Source: a virus (lineage: Duplodnaviria > Caudoviricetes). Taken from it: a DNA stretch of 28,927 nt. Position numbers and translations under genes: made by a program. A model generated the notes under the pieces. It worked only from the letters and a program-made list of their open reading frames with translations, ran no database searches and was not told the DNA's origin. The stretch is from positions 1 through 28,927 of IMG/VR virus record IMGVR_UViG_3300021133_000025; one strand, given 5' to 3'. Shown here piece by piece: positions 1-7,885 of the stretch; position 1 is the first letter of the stretch; the number at the start of each line of letters is the position of its first letter.

Positions 1-364
1 CATCATGGCCCGTGAGTTGGATCGCACCCCGACCACGGAACCGATACCCGTCCCCAGACGCTTCGTCACGATTGCCCATGCGTGAGGCGTAGACCTTGTT
101 GGCAATCTTTTGGGGCTGGTGGGCGTAGGCATTAGCAATCTCCAAAGTAGGGAATCGGCTAGGCCACAGTTTAACCAAAGTCTCGGCTTTGTAATTTAAG
201 CCTTCCTCAAGCGTTTTGAAGTTGTTGCACTCATGGCTACATTGACCGATAAACGCTGCTTGCTGGCGCGGTGTTGCAATGTTGAACTTTGCAAACGTAT
301 CGTTAAGCGCAGGCGTCCATTCGATACCAATACCAAGTTGTTGGAGTTGTTCAGCGTTTACCAC
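1..364 (-). CDS. Endolysin, glycoside hydrolase family 19 (chitinase-like); truncated at window edge; absent from the ORF track
   Basis: Manual translation from GTG at 364 (GAGGG upstream) gives MVNAEQLQQLGIGIEWTPALNDTFAKFNIATPRQQAAFIGQCSHECNNFKTLEEGLNY...IANKVYASRMGNRDEASGDGYRFRGRGAIQLTG. The AAFxGQxxHE and DGxxFRGRGxIQLTG motifs are typical of phage GH19 endolysins. Confidence 0.93.
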   Translation of the reverse strand, partial: MVNAEQLQQLGIGIEWTPALNDTFAKFNIATPRQQAAFIGQCSHECNNFKTLEEGLNYKAETLVKLWPSRFPTLEIANAYAHQPQKIANKVYASRMGNRDEASGDGYRFRGRGAIQLTGHD

Positions 365-782
365 GGATGATTTCCCTCATTTTTGCGTATTGGTCGATGC
401 AGGCGTTAAGTTCGACAATGGCTTGGTCGCCGTCTCCTGTGATGGCGACAAGAGCTTCACTAACCGATCTGTCAAGTTCGGCTCTCGTTTCTGTATCGCT
501 AGGGGAGGCACATCCAGCTTGGGGGGTGACGTTGACGAACAACCGCTGCTCACCAGTATGGATAGCATTAACAAGCTGAGAGTTTTTAGTTGCCAGAGAT
601 TTTTTTGCTTGTGCGAGTTGGGCATCTGCTTGTTCCTTTGCGTCAGACATTTCCTGATTCTTTTTACCAATGACAATAGCATCTTCTGCCTCTTTTTCTT
701 TGTAGCCTTGATGGTGTCCATAACCATAAACACCTGCCAAGGCCATTAAAACGCTTAAGATGACCCACGGATTCATCGTCAT
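351..782 (-). CDS. Rz: Inner-membrane spanin (Rz-like)
   Basis: N-terminal TM helix (WVILSVLMALAGVYGYG), coiled-coil body, RLFV..C and ELD...GD.AI.ELNAC tail. It lies next to the endolysin and contains an out-of-frame lipoprotein gene. Confidence 0.8.
   Translation of the reverse strand: MTMNPWVILSVLMALAGVYGYGHHQGYKEKEAEDAIVIGKKNQEMSDAKEQADAQLAQAKKSLATKNSQLVNAIHTGEQRLFVNVTPQAGCASPSDTETRAELDRSVSEALVAITGDGDQAIVELNACIDQYAKMREIIRGKR
377..625 (-). CDS. Rz1: Outer-membrane spanin (Rz1-like lipoprotein) fully embedded in Rz
   Basis: C-terminal part of track ORF 377..733. ATG at 625 is preceded by AAGGA. Signal MPNSHKQKNLWQLKTLSLLMLSILVSSG|C is followed by a Pro/Ser/Thr-rich mature region, matching the embedded o-spanin architecture. 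Confidence 0.75.
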   Translation of the reverse strand: MPNSHKQKNLWQLKTLSLLMLSILVSSGCSSTSPPKLDVPPLAIQKREPNLTDRLVKLLSPSQETATKPLSNLTPASTNTQK

Positions 783-1231
783 TCCTTAACCGATTGACGA
801 GCCGCAGCCATAGCTTCACGCTCATGGTCTGGCTCAAGATGATTGGCAGGTGTTGAAGGCGCTGAAGGCGCAGACCATTCGGCTACTTGAATAGACTGCA
901 CAGGAGGCGCAACATAGGCCGCTGTATTTGATTTGGCAGCGTTCATCATGTCTTTGGCCTCATTGCTCACGCCTTTGGTCAAGATGCCACCAATGCCGCC
1001 CACAATCAATAAAACAATGTCGTTCAACATCTTTGTGTAGGCTTGGTCAATCGGGGCCATTTGCTTAATCGGCTGAGTCACAAACGTCACCGAATACAAC
1101 AAAGCAAACGTAATAAACGCAAATATCAACGTCACCATAATGACGACAAACGCTCTGACGCGAACGTCTATCTCATCGGCAGTTAGCCTGGCATTGTTGG
1201 GCGCTAAGAGTTGTAACAGAATTTCCTTCAA
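779..1231 (-). CDS. Two-TM membrane protein, holin candidate
   Basis: TM1 AFVVIMVTLIFAFITFALLYSVTF and TM2 IVLLIVGGIGGIL. TTG start with GGAG upstream. Stop overlaps the Rz start (ATGA). Confidence 0.6.
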   Translation of the reverse strand: MKEILLQLLAPNNARLTADEIDVRVRAFVVIMVTLIFAFITFALLYSVTFVTQPIKQMAPIDQAYTKMLNDIVLLIVGGIGGILTKGVSNEAKDMMNAAKSNTAAYVAPPVQSIQVAEWSAPSAPSTPANHLEPDHEREAMAAARQSVKE

Positions 1232-1406
1232 TTTTCTTCTCCAAGATAGGGGCTACAAGATACTCAGGGCAGGTTTGTGAAAAATCGCAACGAGGATGCT
1301 GGCATTGTTCATCTTTGAAATGATCGTATTCTTGGCAATAGTACCTTGTATGGTCTTCACAGCCAATAAGTATCCAACTGAAAAAAATAAGTATACAAAA
1401 CCTCAT
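1173..1406 (-). CDS. Small Cys-rich lipoprotein, function unknown
   Basis: Signal peptide with lipobox LIG|C, then four spaced Cys (YYCQ, EQCQ, PRCD, QTCP). Start overlaps the upstream stop (TAATG). Confidence 0.7.
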   Translation of the reverse strand: MRFCILIFFSWILIGCEDHTRYYCQEYDHFKDEQCQHPRCDFSQTCPEYLVAPILEKKIEGNSVTTLSAQQCQANCR

Positions 1407-1687
1407 TATTTTTCCTTTTGCTCTTGCATTTCTTTCTGAGCCTGTTGCAGTTTTCGCAAAGTATGCTCCATTGCCATTTCAGCCACATACGCCCGATACC
1501 AAACATATCCAGCCGCAGGCACTAACAAAGCAAACAACAACACCAACAAGATTAGTATTGCATGAAATCCTGAGTCGTCAGCCGCAGAGTAATCATCAAG
1601 CCCCACACCCACGCCGCCAGAAGCCCGAGCGTTACCGCCAAGGCGACCCGCATTTGTCGGCGCTTGCTGATTTCCTCGCGTAGCCAT
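1406..1687 (-). CDS. Single-TM membrane protein with C-terminal coiled coil
   Basis: GAGG upstream of ATG; TM AILILLVLLFALLVPAAGYVW. The first 136 nt overlap the upstream gene in another frame. Confidence 0.6.
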   Translation of the reverse strand: MATRGNQQAPTNAGRLGGNARASGGVGVGLDDYSAADDSGFHAILILLVLLFALLVPAAGYVWYRAYVAEMAMEHTLRKLQQAQKEMQEQKEK

Positions 1688-2274
1688 CTTGCCTCATTCC
1701 TTTTCCTGATTTGCTCACGCCTTGCGAATTCCTGTTCTTCAACAATCCGACTGTGCATCTTGAGAAACCTCGTGTATATGTCCTTTAACTCAGGCGGCGC
1801 ATACACCATAGCCTCTCGTATCTCTATGCTCAAGTTCTCTAGTTGAAGTTCTACGAGCGCCCTATCCATTGCGTTCTTGGCGAGGTTTGCGTTTGGGTCG
1901 TAGACCGTGTTCGATGTTTCCTCAAGGTCTTTGTAATAATTTGTGAGCTTCTGATGCAAATCAAAGAAGTCTCCCATTTTTTGACCAACATCCACGATAA
2001 GCTGTGCTTGGAGTTCTTCAGGGTCTTGATGGCGTTTAACTTTTTTAACAGGCTCTGCAACGGCGACAACAGCTTTCTTAGCGCCAAATAAACCTTTGAG
2101 CCAAACCCAAATCCCTGAAACTTCTTTTGCAATGGCTTTAACGTCACCAATTGCTCGCTCAGTCCCCTTCTTGAACTCCTCAATCGCCATGCGTCCTTCA
2201 TGGAGTTGATCGCAACCCGCTTTGATCTGTTTGACCAAAGTGACTGCGCCAAGAAGGAGGGTGATCGGGTCAAT
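1552..2274 (-). CDS. Helical protein with C-terminal TM anchor; probable AUU start at 2274 (track start TTG at 2238)
   Basis: The frame is open upstream of 2238 as TAG-CCC-ATT-GAC-CCG-ATC..., giving (I/M)DPITLLLGAVTLVKQIKAG. C-terminal TM is VALAVTLGLLAAWVWGLMI. Confidence 0.7.
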   Translation of the reverse strand: MDPITLLLGAVTLVKQIKAGCDQLHEGRMAIEEFKKGTERAIGDVKAIAKEVSGIWVWLKGLFGAKKAVVAVAEPVKKVKRHQDPEELQAQLIVDVGQKMGDFFDLHQKLTNYYKDLEETSNTVYDPNANLAKNAMDRALVELQLENLSIEIREAMVYAPPELKDIYTRFLKMHSRIVEEQEFARREQIRKRNEARWLREEISKRRQMRVALAVTLGLLAAWVWGLMITLRLTTQDFMQY

Positions 2275-2281
2275 GGGCTAC

Positions 2282-2467
2282 TCACTTTTTGCCAAGTTGC
2301 GACCAGAACAAAGTTGCCGCACCAAATGCGCCAGCTATCCAAAGAATAGGCTTGGCAGCAGAAGCAATCCAGCTTAAGACCTTAAAAGCGCCTTGCAACG
2401 ATTGGAAAGCATCGACCAAAACAAGGCGGTCATATATTTCTTTGTGGGTAATGGTCTGTTCTTCCAT
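2282..2467 (-). CDS. Small membrane protein (holin/antiholin-like position)
   Basis: AAGGTG upstream; amphipathic plus hydrophobic C-terminal half ending in KK; first gene after the tail module. Confidence 0.65.
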   Translation of the reverse strand: MEEQTITHKEIYDRLVLVDAFQSLQGAFKVLSWIASAAKPILWIAGAFGAATLFWSQLGKK

Positions 2468-2476
2468 CTCAACACC

Positions 2477-3211
2477 TTATGATTTCATGATGTATGCGAG
2501 AGCATAGTAAGGAGGCAGGTTTGCGTTTGTTCCGCTAACACCAGTTGATGCGTTGGTAGTCGCAACAGAAATTCCTGTAGTGGCAGTTCCTGTGTTGTCT
2601 GTTGTTGTTGAGTTATAAACTGGCGTTGTGTTACCAGATTGAGGAGCAGTTCCAGAAACTCTCGTATAAGTGTGATTGTGACCAGGGTCTGTAACAACAG
2701 AAGTTGCCGTGTGTGTATGTGAAACAACAATAGCATCTGTTGAACCACCAGTGCCACCAACAGAATACAAGTTACCAGCGCCAACAATAAAACGATCTTT
2801 TAAGTTGGGCGTTCCATTAGTACCGTCACACAATAACCAGCCCGATGGAATAGACCCAATTGCACCTGACCACAAAGAAATCAAGCCACTAGGAATTGTG
2901 GCTCCAGAAGTAGCTTGAACACCAATAATTCCATACAAGTTATCGTAAGTTTGAATAGTGTTGCCAACAGCGTCTTGCAACACAAACTTGTAGTTAAAAC
3001 CATAAGTCAACCAAATCTCAGTCTGTGGGCGACCATCCGAACCCAAGACGATAGGGTTGGTGTTGGCATATACACCACCGTTATCAGAGTAGGTAGCAAG
3101 CGGTGTGCTTGAACCTGCTTGATAAGTGTAGATTTGACCACCAGCTAAAGGCAATCCTGTGCTAGTGAAAAATTGAAAACCGTTACCGATAGGTGCAAGA
3201 TTAACGCTCAT
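2477..3211 (-). CDS. Short tail fibre: virion-attachment N-domain, tail-collar domain, HxH-containing tip
   Basis: N-domain G.PLAGG.IYTY.AG..TP..TY...NPIVL...GR; collar motif IPSGLISLWSG...PSGWLLCDG.NGTPNLKDRFIVGAG; HTH and HNH motifs; NLPPYYALAYIMK terminus. Confidence 0.8.
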   Translation of the reverse strand: MSVNLAPIGNGFQFFTSTGLPLAGGQIYTYQAGSSTPLATYSDNGGVYANTNPIVLGSDGRPQTEIWLTYGFNYKFVLQDAVGNTIQTYDNLYGIIGVQATSGATIPSGLISLWSGAIGSIPSGWLLCDGTNGTPNLKDRFIVGAGNLYSVGGTGGSTDAIVVSHTHTATSVVTDPGHNHTYTRVSGTAPQSGNTTPVYNSTTTDNTGTATTGISVATTNASTGVSGTNANLPPYYALAYIMKS

Positions 3212-3220
3212 TTTTGTTCC

Positions 3221-4843
3221 TTATTGTCCGCTCGGGACGCCTTCAATTTCAATGCGAGGAATTTTCCCCAAATTAGATAATGCGTTGATTGACCCCGCAT
3301 TTAATCCAGTGGTTTTACCAATGTCTGACAATTTTCTTGCAGCCTTGCCGCCGTAATACAAACCTTCACCGACAAGTCGAGGCGTTTGAAATGGCAAAGC
3401 AGCTAAGTATGCGGGATTTGTTAACAAACCAGTTGCGGCTGTAAGGTTTTCAACGCCACCAGCCAAACCACGAGCGGACGGAGAACTCAATGCTTGTCCA
3501 TGCAATGCGCTAATAAAAGGTTTGCCGCCTTCTGCTTCAAGCTGTTGAGCAAGACTTAGCCTTTGACCATAATTAGTGTTTACGTTGTTGCGTGTAAGAC
3601 TTTGCAATTTGCGTAAAGCAGTATCAGCAGATGCTTTGTTATTTAAAGACAAAGCTTTTTCAATTTCACGAATTTGCTCAGAAGATTGAGCATAATCTTT
3701 CATCACATCAGCATAAACAGGAGCTTGTTTGGAGATTGTGTCTTTAACTGCGTTGTAAATGTTTGAGCCAATTCGAGATGAATTAGCTTCTGTTTGAGGA
3801 TTTACACGATCAGTGATTGCACCAAGACGTTGCTTAAGATTATCAATGCCTTCTGGCGTGTGATAAATTGTTGGCTCTGAGTTCTTCCATGCTTTAATTT
3901 CATCAGCCAATTCATTTAAATGCTGTTCAGCAACATCATCTTTAATTTTGTCAACAAATCTGTTGCTGCTTCTAGCTTTTTCAAGCGCATTATCAATGTC
4001 TTTAAAGTCAAGAACAGTCTTATCTTTTGAAATGTCGTGCATACCAGAACGATAAGCATTTCCTCGATTTTGACGCATGACTTCTAAATTGTGACGAGCG
4101 TTTTCTAATGGCTGAGTCATTGGAGATTCACCGCGCAATGCGCCTTGGAATTCTTTATCACCAATAAAACCAGCTTTAGCGCCGCCGCCAATTGTTTCTG
4201 CGCTTGTACCTGTTGCCATTCCAAGCAAAGGCTTTCCTACAACACCAGCAGCTTTAAATGGTGCACTAATAGGATTTGTAAATTCAGAACCTGTTTTAGC
4301 GACATTGGAAATGTTTTCCAAAGCTTTAGACAAATTCAATTCACCTGAAACTTTTGCCATTTTAGACAATCCACCAGGTAAGCTAGCGCCACCAGAAAGC
4401 AGCATAGACAAATCAGATGCAACGCCAACAGGGTCGGTTGATAGCGTATGTTTTAACGCTTCTTCAGACCCATATTTATCAGCATAAATTTGTTTTAGTT
4501 GGCTTTCTGCTTCTTTTGCTTTTTTGATTGCAGTGGCTTGTGTTGGGTCAAGTGCGCTTTCTGGAATTAAATGCAACAAACCGCCGCGCATCAAATCAAC
4601 AATATGCGATGCGGATTCCAAAGGATGCGTCACAGTTTGTGCAATTCCTTTGCCAAATTCAATAGCACTTGGAACAATGTTCGCATACGCCTGAACAGGA
4701 ACTTCACTCCAAGGAGTGCCTTCTTGTTTTGGTGCTTCTTGTGCAATTTGTACAAAATTACTTGCAGTGATTGGCGTAGAAGTTGTTTCTTCTTTGCCTT
4801 CATTGGCAAGTTTATAAAAATCAGCGGCTGTTAGCTGTCCCAT
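3221..4843 (-). CDS. Probable DNA ejection/internal virion protein (P22 gp16-like position)
   Basis: 540 aa, helical and Ala/Gly-rich; third of three such genes downstream of gp10. Assigned by synteny. Confidence 0.6.
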   Translation of the reverse strand: MGQLTAADFYKLANEGKEETTSTPITASNFVQIAQEAPKQEGTPWSEVPVQAYANIVPSAIEFGKGIAQTVTHPLESASHIVDLMRGGLLHLIPESALDPTQATAIKKAKEAESQLKQIYADKYGSEEALKHTLSTDPVGVASDLSMLLSGGASLPGGLSKMAKVSGELNLSKALENISNVAKTGSEFTNPISAPFKAAGVVGKPLLGMATGTSAETIGGGAKAGFIGDKEFQGALRGESPMTQPLENARHNLEVMRQNRGNAYRSGMHDISKDKTVLDFKDIDNALEKARSSNRFVDKIKDDVAEQHLNELADEIKAWKNSEPTIYHTPEGIDNLKQRLGAITDRVNPQTEANSSRIGSNIYNAVKDTISKQAPVYADVMKDYAQSSEQIREIEKALSLNNKASADTALRKLQSLTRNNVNTNYGQRLSLAQQLEAEGGKPFISALHGQALSSPSARGLAGGVENLTAATGLLTNPAYLAALPFQTPRLVGEGLYYGGKAARKLSDIGKTTGLNAGSINALSNLGKIPRIEIEGVPSGQ

Positions 4844-6372
4844 TATTTGCCTCCTTTTGCCAAATCCTCAAGCTGTTGTTTTTTATCAAAAAGAGCTTGA
4901 ATTTGATTTTGAGACATTTTCCCAAAATGTTTTGCTACTTGTTGTTTAGCAGAAGGAGACAATTCTTCCAAAGATTTTTTACCAACAATGCCAATCAGTT
5001 GAGTTACTTTGGGGTCGTTGTTAATTGCATTAAATTGATTTTCAAAATTGTTAATGCTTGCAAGATTTGGTTGGTTAGGATTGCCTTGATGCGCCAAAAC
5101 ACCTTGATGATACAAACGCTTGGCAGCAAGAGTTCCTTTGTCGTTATAAATAATGTCTAACAATGCTTCTTTGGAAGTTCCAAAAGAACCCATTGCGGAA
5201 CGTTTGGATTCTTGATCTTCGTTAGAGCGAGAACCTTCTTGACGAATACGTTGCTCCAAGTATTTTTGAATTTCAACTTCATCAGAATTTAAGCCAACGC
5301 CACCAGTTTTATTTGCAATTGCTTCAGCAAGTTTACCAACTCGAACATTTTTTTTCTCAAGCAAATTAATAATTTTGTCGTTTGTAAATTCCATTTGCGG
5401 AATAGAATTTGTATTGCCGATGTTCATCTCTGCGTTTGAAACAGCAGGCAAAGCAGACAGACGACCAACACGAGATTTATAAGCCTCGTAAGGTTCGCTA
5501 GGAGAAATTTGAATTCCTCCTTTGTTTTCAAACTGGTTGCTTATTTCAGCGGGTGCAACTGGCGCATTTGCAATAGGCGCTGTTGGTCTAATGTTATTTG
5601 TTGGAACATTAGGTGCAGGGCGAGGCACAGCATTTTGATTAACAATACCGCCACCTCCTGCGCCGCCACCAAATTGCATTGGCGCTCCAGTTGGACTTGT
5701 TGCAACTGTTGGAGCAAGACCTTGAATGTACCGAGTTCCAGGCAATGCTTGACCAACAGGAACAGAACCAAATTCGTTTGTTGCCGTTGTTTGACCGCCA
5801 GAACCAAAACTAACAGCAGTTCCGTTAGGATTCAATGCGCTTGTACGAGAAGCGGCATCCAAACCTTGTAAATGACGTTCTTTCAAAAATTGACGCAAAC
5901 CAGAAGGATTGGTTTGAGCCATATTAATGTAATCTTGTTTTAACTCATTAATTTTTTCTTGTGGCAATCCTAACGCTTTACCAGTTTGATCTGCTTTATC
6001 ACTTACTTGTTTAACAAGGGTTGCAATATCAACAGATTTAGGGTCTTTTTCAGCGGCAACAACCAAAGGATTGTTAATCATTGAAATTTGACTATCAGCA
6101 ATTTTTTGAAATTTTTGTTGTGCTAAATCTAATGCGCTTTTTTCAGAACCTGTTTCGGCGGTAGTTGCTTCAGCCGCAGATTTTCGAACAGCAAGTGGCA
6201 TTGTTTTTTGCACTTGCTCAAGTTCCAATTGAGCTTTTTGCAACGCCAAAGGATTGAGTTGTTGAGCTTGGCGTAATTGTTGAACACCACTAGCCATGTT
6301 GACCATGTCAGCAAGGCTCATGCCTTTAGGCGCTTCGTATGTAACAGGTTTACCAAATTGGAGATCAGCCAT
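4843..6372 (-). CDS. Probable DNA ejection protein (P22 gp20-like position)
   Basis: 509 aa with Gln-rich helical N-terminus and central Gly/Pro linker. Assigned by synteny. Confidence 0.6.
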   Translation of the reverse strand: MADLQFGKPVTYEAPKGMSLADMVNMASGVQQLRQAQQLNPLALQKAQLELEQVQKTMPLAVRKSAAEATTAETGSEKSALDLAQQKFQKIADSQISMINNPLVVAAEKDPKSVDIATLVKQVSDKADQTGKALGLPQEKINELKQDYINMAQTNPSGLRQFLKERHLQGLDAASRTSALNPNGTAVSFGSGGQTTATNEFGSVPVGQALPGTRYIQGLAPTVATSPTGAPMQFGGGAGGGGIVNQNAVPRPAPNVPTNNIRPTAPIANAPVAPAEISNQFENKGGIQISPSEPYEAYKSRVGRLSALPAVSNAEMNIGNTNSIPQMEFTNDKIINLLEKKNVRVGKLAEAIANKTGGVGLNSDEVEIQKYLEQRIRQEGSRSNEDQESKRSAMGSFGTSKEALLDIIYNDKGTLAAKRLYHQGVLAHQGNPNQPNLASINNFENQFNAINNDPKVTQLIGIVGKKSLEELSPSAKQQVAKHFGKMSQNQIQALFDKKQQLEDLAKGGK

Positions 6373-6381
6373 GTTTATTCC

Positions 6382-7203
6382 TTATGCGGGGTTAACGTTA
6401 CCAACAGTATTGGCGTTAACATTACCAAACCCATAATCAAGTTGTGTATTTGGTGTTGAAGGAACAGAATAAGGTGTATAACCAGCACCTCCTTGTGGAG
6501 AATACTTACTCAACAAGTTATTGGTGTATTGCATACTTCCCAATGTGTTCAAACCAGTTCCCAATGCACTTGCAACACCTGTTTGACCAGCAGCTTGTGC
6601 AGCAGCACTACCAACCGCAGCTTGTCCAATGTTTGATGCTGTGTTGGATGCCAAGTTAGCAGTTGTATTTTGAGCGTTTTGACCCAAACCAGCAATGCCA
6701 GCCAAAGTGTTGTAAATGCCTGTGCGCTGAGTTTGATAATTGTTAAAAGCGTTTTGATAAGCGTTACCAGCGTAATCTTGCGTAAATTGATTCAAACCTT
6801 GCAAGGCATTGCCGCCAATAGCACCACCGCCCACGTTTGCCGCACGTTGATTAGCCATTTGACCTTGCTGCAACATGAAGTCATAGTTAGGCGCTAAACC
6901 GCCCTGCAAGTCTTGAGCATTAAATTGGTGCGTCAAATAACCTGAACCAGTTTGAGAGCCAATAGGGTTGCCGTTGGCATCATAGGTTTGCGTTGTACCA
7001 GAGCCTAATGCACCAAGTTGATTCAGGGCGTTATATCCAGCAGCACGATTTGGCGCAAATTGCGCGTTCTGCGTGTTGAACATATTTTGCTGGACATTAG
7101 CAGCGTATTGAGCCGCACCAGCTTGCGTGTTAGCCGCATTTTGAGCAGCATTAGCCCCAATTAATGAACCACCTACAACAGCAGCAGCAGCAACCCAAGT
7201 CAT
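6382..7203 (-). CDS. DNA transfer/ejection protein (P22 gp7-like)
   Basis: Hydrophobic Ala/Gly N-terminus MTWVAAAAVVGGSLIG, P.Y.F..QQG motif, Ala/Gly/Gln/Asn-rich composition. Confidence 0.75.
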   Translation of the reverse strand: MTWVAAAAVVGGSLIGANAAQNAANTQAGAAQYAANVQQNMFNTQNAQFAPNRAAGYNALNQLGALGSGTTQTYDANGNPIGSQTGSGYLTHQFNAQDLQGGLAPNYDFMLQQGQMANQRAANVGGGAIGGNALQGLNQFTQDYAGNAYQNAFNNYQTQRTGIYNTLAGIAGLGQNAQNTTANLASNTASNIGQAAVGSAAAQAAGQTGVASALGTGLNTLGSMQYTNNLLSKYSPQGGAGYTPYSVPSTPNTQLDYGFGNVNANTVGNVNPA

Positions 7204-7647
7204 TTATTTACCCTCCAAGGCTTCAACCTTGATTTTGTTAGATGAATCAAACAATGCAATCTCATCAGGTTCAATTAAATCTTTTTCAATCTTTTCTAGA
7301 TTTGTTTTGTTTGTTTTGTGAACGGTGATGCCAATTGCATCTGTCACCGCCAGAGTCACTCGTTTAGTGCCAGGCTTTGAACAGATCACATCACCCTCAT
7401 TCAAAGTAACCATTCCTTTTTCTGACCAAGCAATAATTTGCCCTTTGGCACACAAAAAGAAATGATCTTTTTTATGAACTTTGCCGACAATCAATGTGCC
7501 AGCTTTTCTGAATACTTTTCGGCAATACATTCCACCTGAAAAATAATGTTCCGTCTCAAGTTCTGCCTGTGGCATCTTGACCATTTCAGCTTGCAAGCGA
7601 TTGATTTCTTGCAGCGTAGGAACATGATTTTCAACAAGTTCTGTCAT
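7204..7647 (-). CDS. Cupin-fold (RmlC-like) protein
   Basis: HYFSGGMYCR...G.LIVGKVHKKDHF...G.I...PGTKR pattern. Start moved to ATG 7647, right after the upstream stop. Confidence 0.65.
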   Translation of the reverse strand: MTELVENHVPTLQEINRLQAEMVKMPQAELETEHYFSGGMYCRKVFRKAGTLIVGKVHKKDHFFLCAKGQIIAWSEKGMVTLNEGDVICSKPGTKRVTLAVTDAIGITVHKTNKTNLEKIEKDLIEPDEIALFDSSNKIKVEALEGK

Positions 7648-7648
7648 G

Positions 7649-7885
7649 TTATTGATTGTAATACGGGACTTTGAAAGGCTTACCATTTACCGTAATGTTT
7701 ATAAAACCTACGGGCGCAGCAGGAAGACTACCAGAGCCTGTCGTTGCTGTGGTTGCCGATGAAAAGTTCAGCAGGTTAAGAAAGAACTGTTGCCAAGCAC
7801 GAGTCGGGCGTTTGGTTGAGCTATCCAAAAACTCCGACTGAGGGTATGGGTTTGTTTGCGTTGAGCCGTAAATTCCACCAGCCAT
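7649..7885 (-). CDS. Small tail-associated protein (P22 gp26 position)
   Basis: Coupled to the gp10-like gene (TAATG); PTRAWQQFF.NL motif and a LPA.P.GFI.I.VNG..FKVPYY beta tail. Confidence 0.6.
   Translation of the reverse strand: MAGGIYGSTQTNPYPQSEFLDSSTKRPTRAWQQFFLNLLNFSSATTATTGSGSLPAAPVGFINITVNGKPFKVPYYNQ

Noticed and set aside
279-749. Plus-strand 156-aa ORF and other plus-strand ORFs (for example 13956..14444, 16667..17404, 18859..19293, 28295..28696)
   Set aside because: They are antisense shadows of well-supported minus-strand genes and show no recognisable motifs.
1851-2342. 163-aa minus-strand alternative-frame ORF
   Set aside because: It overlaps two better-supported genes, and its Ser/Arg/Leu-rich composition is typical of off-frame translation.
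7179-7192. (GCA)n microsatellite
   Set aside because: It simply encodes the poly-Ala of the gp7-like N-terminus.
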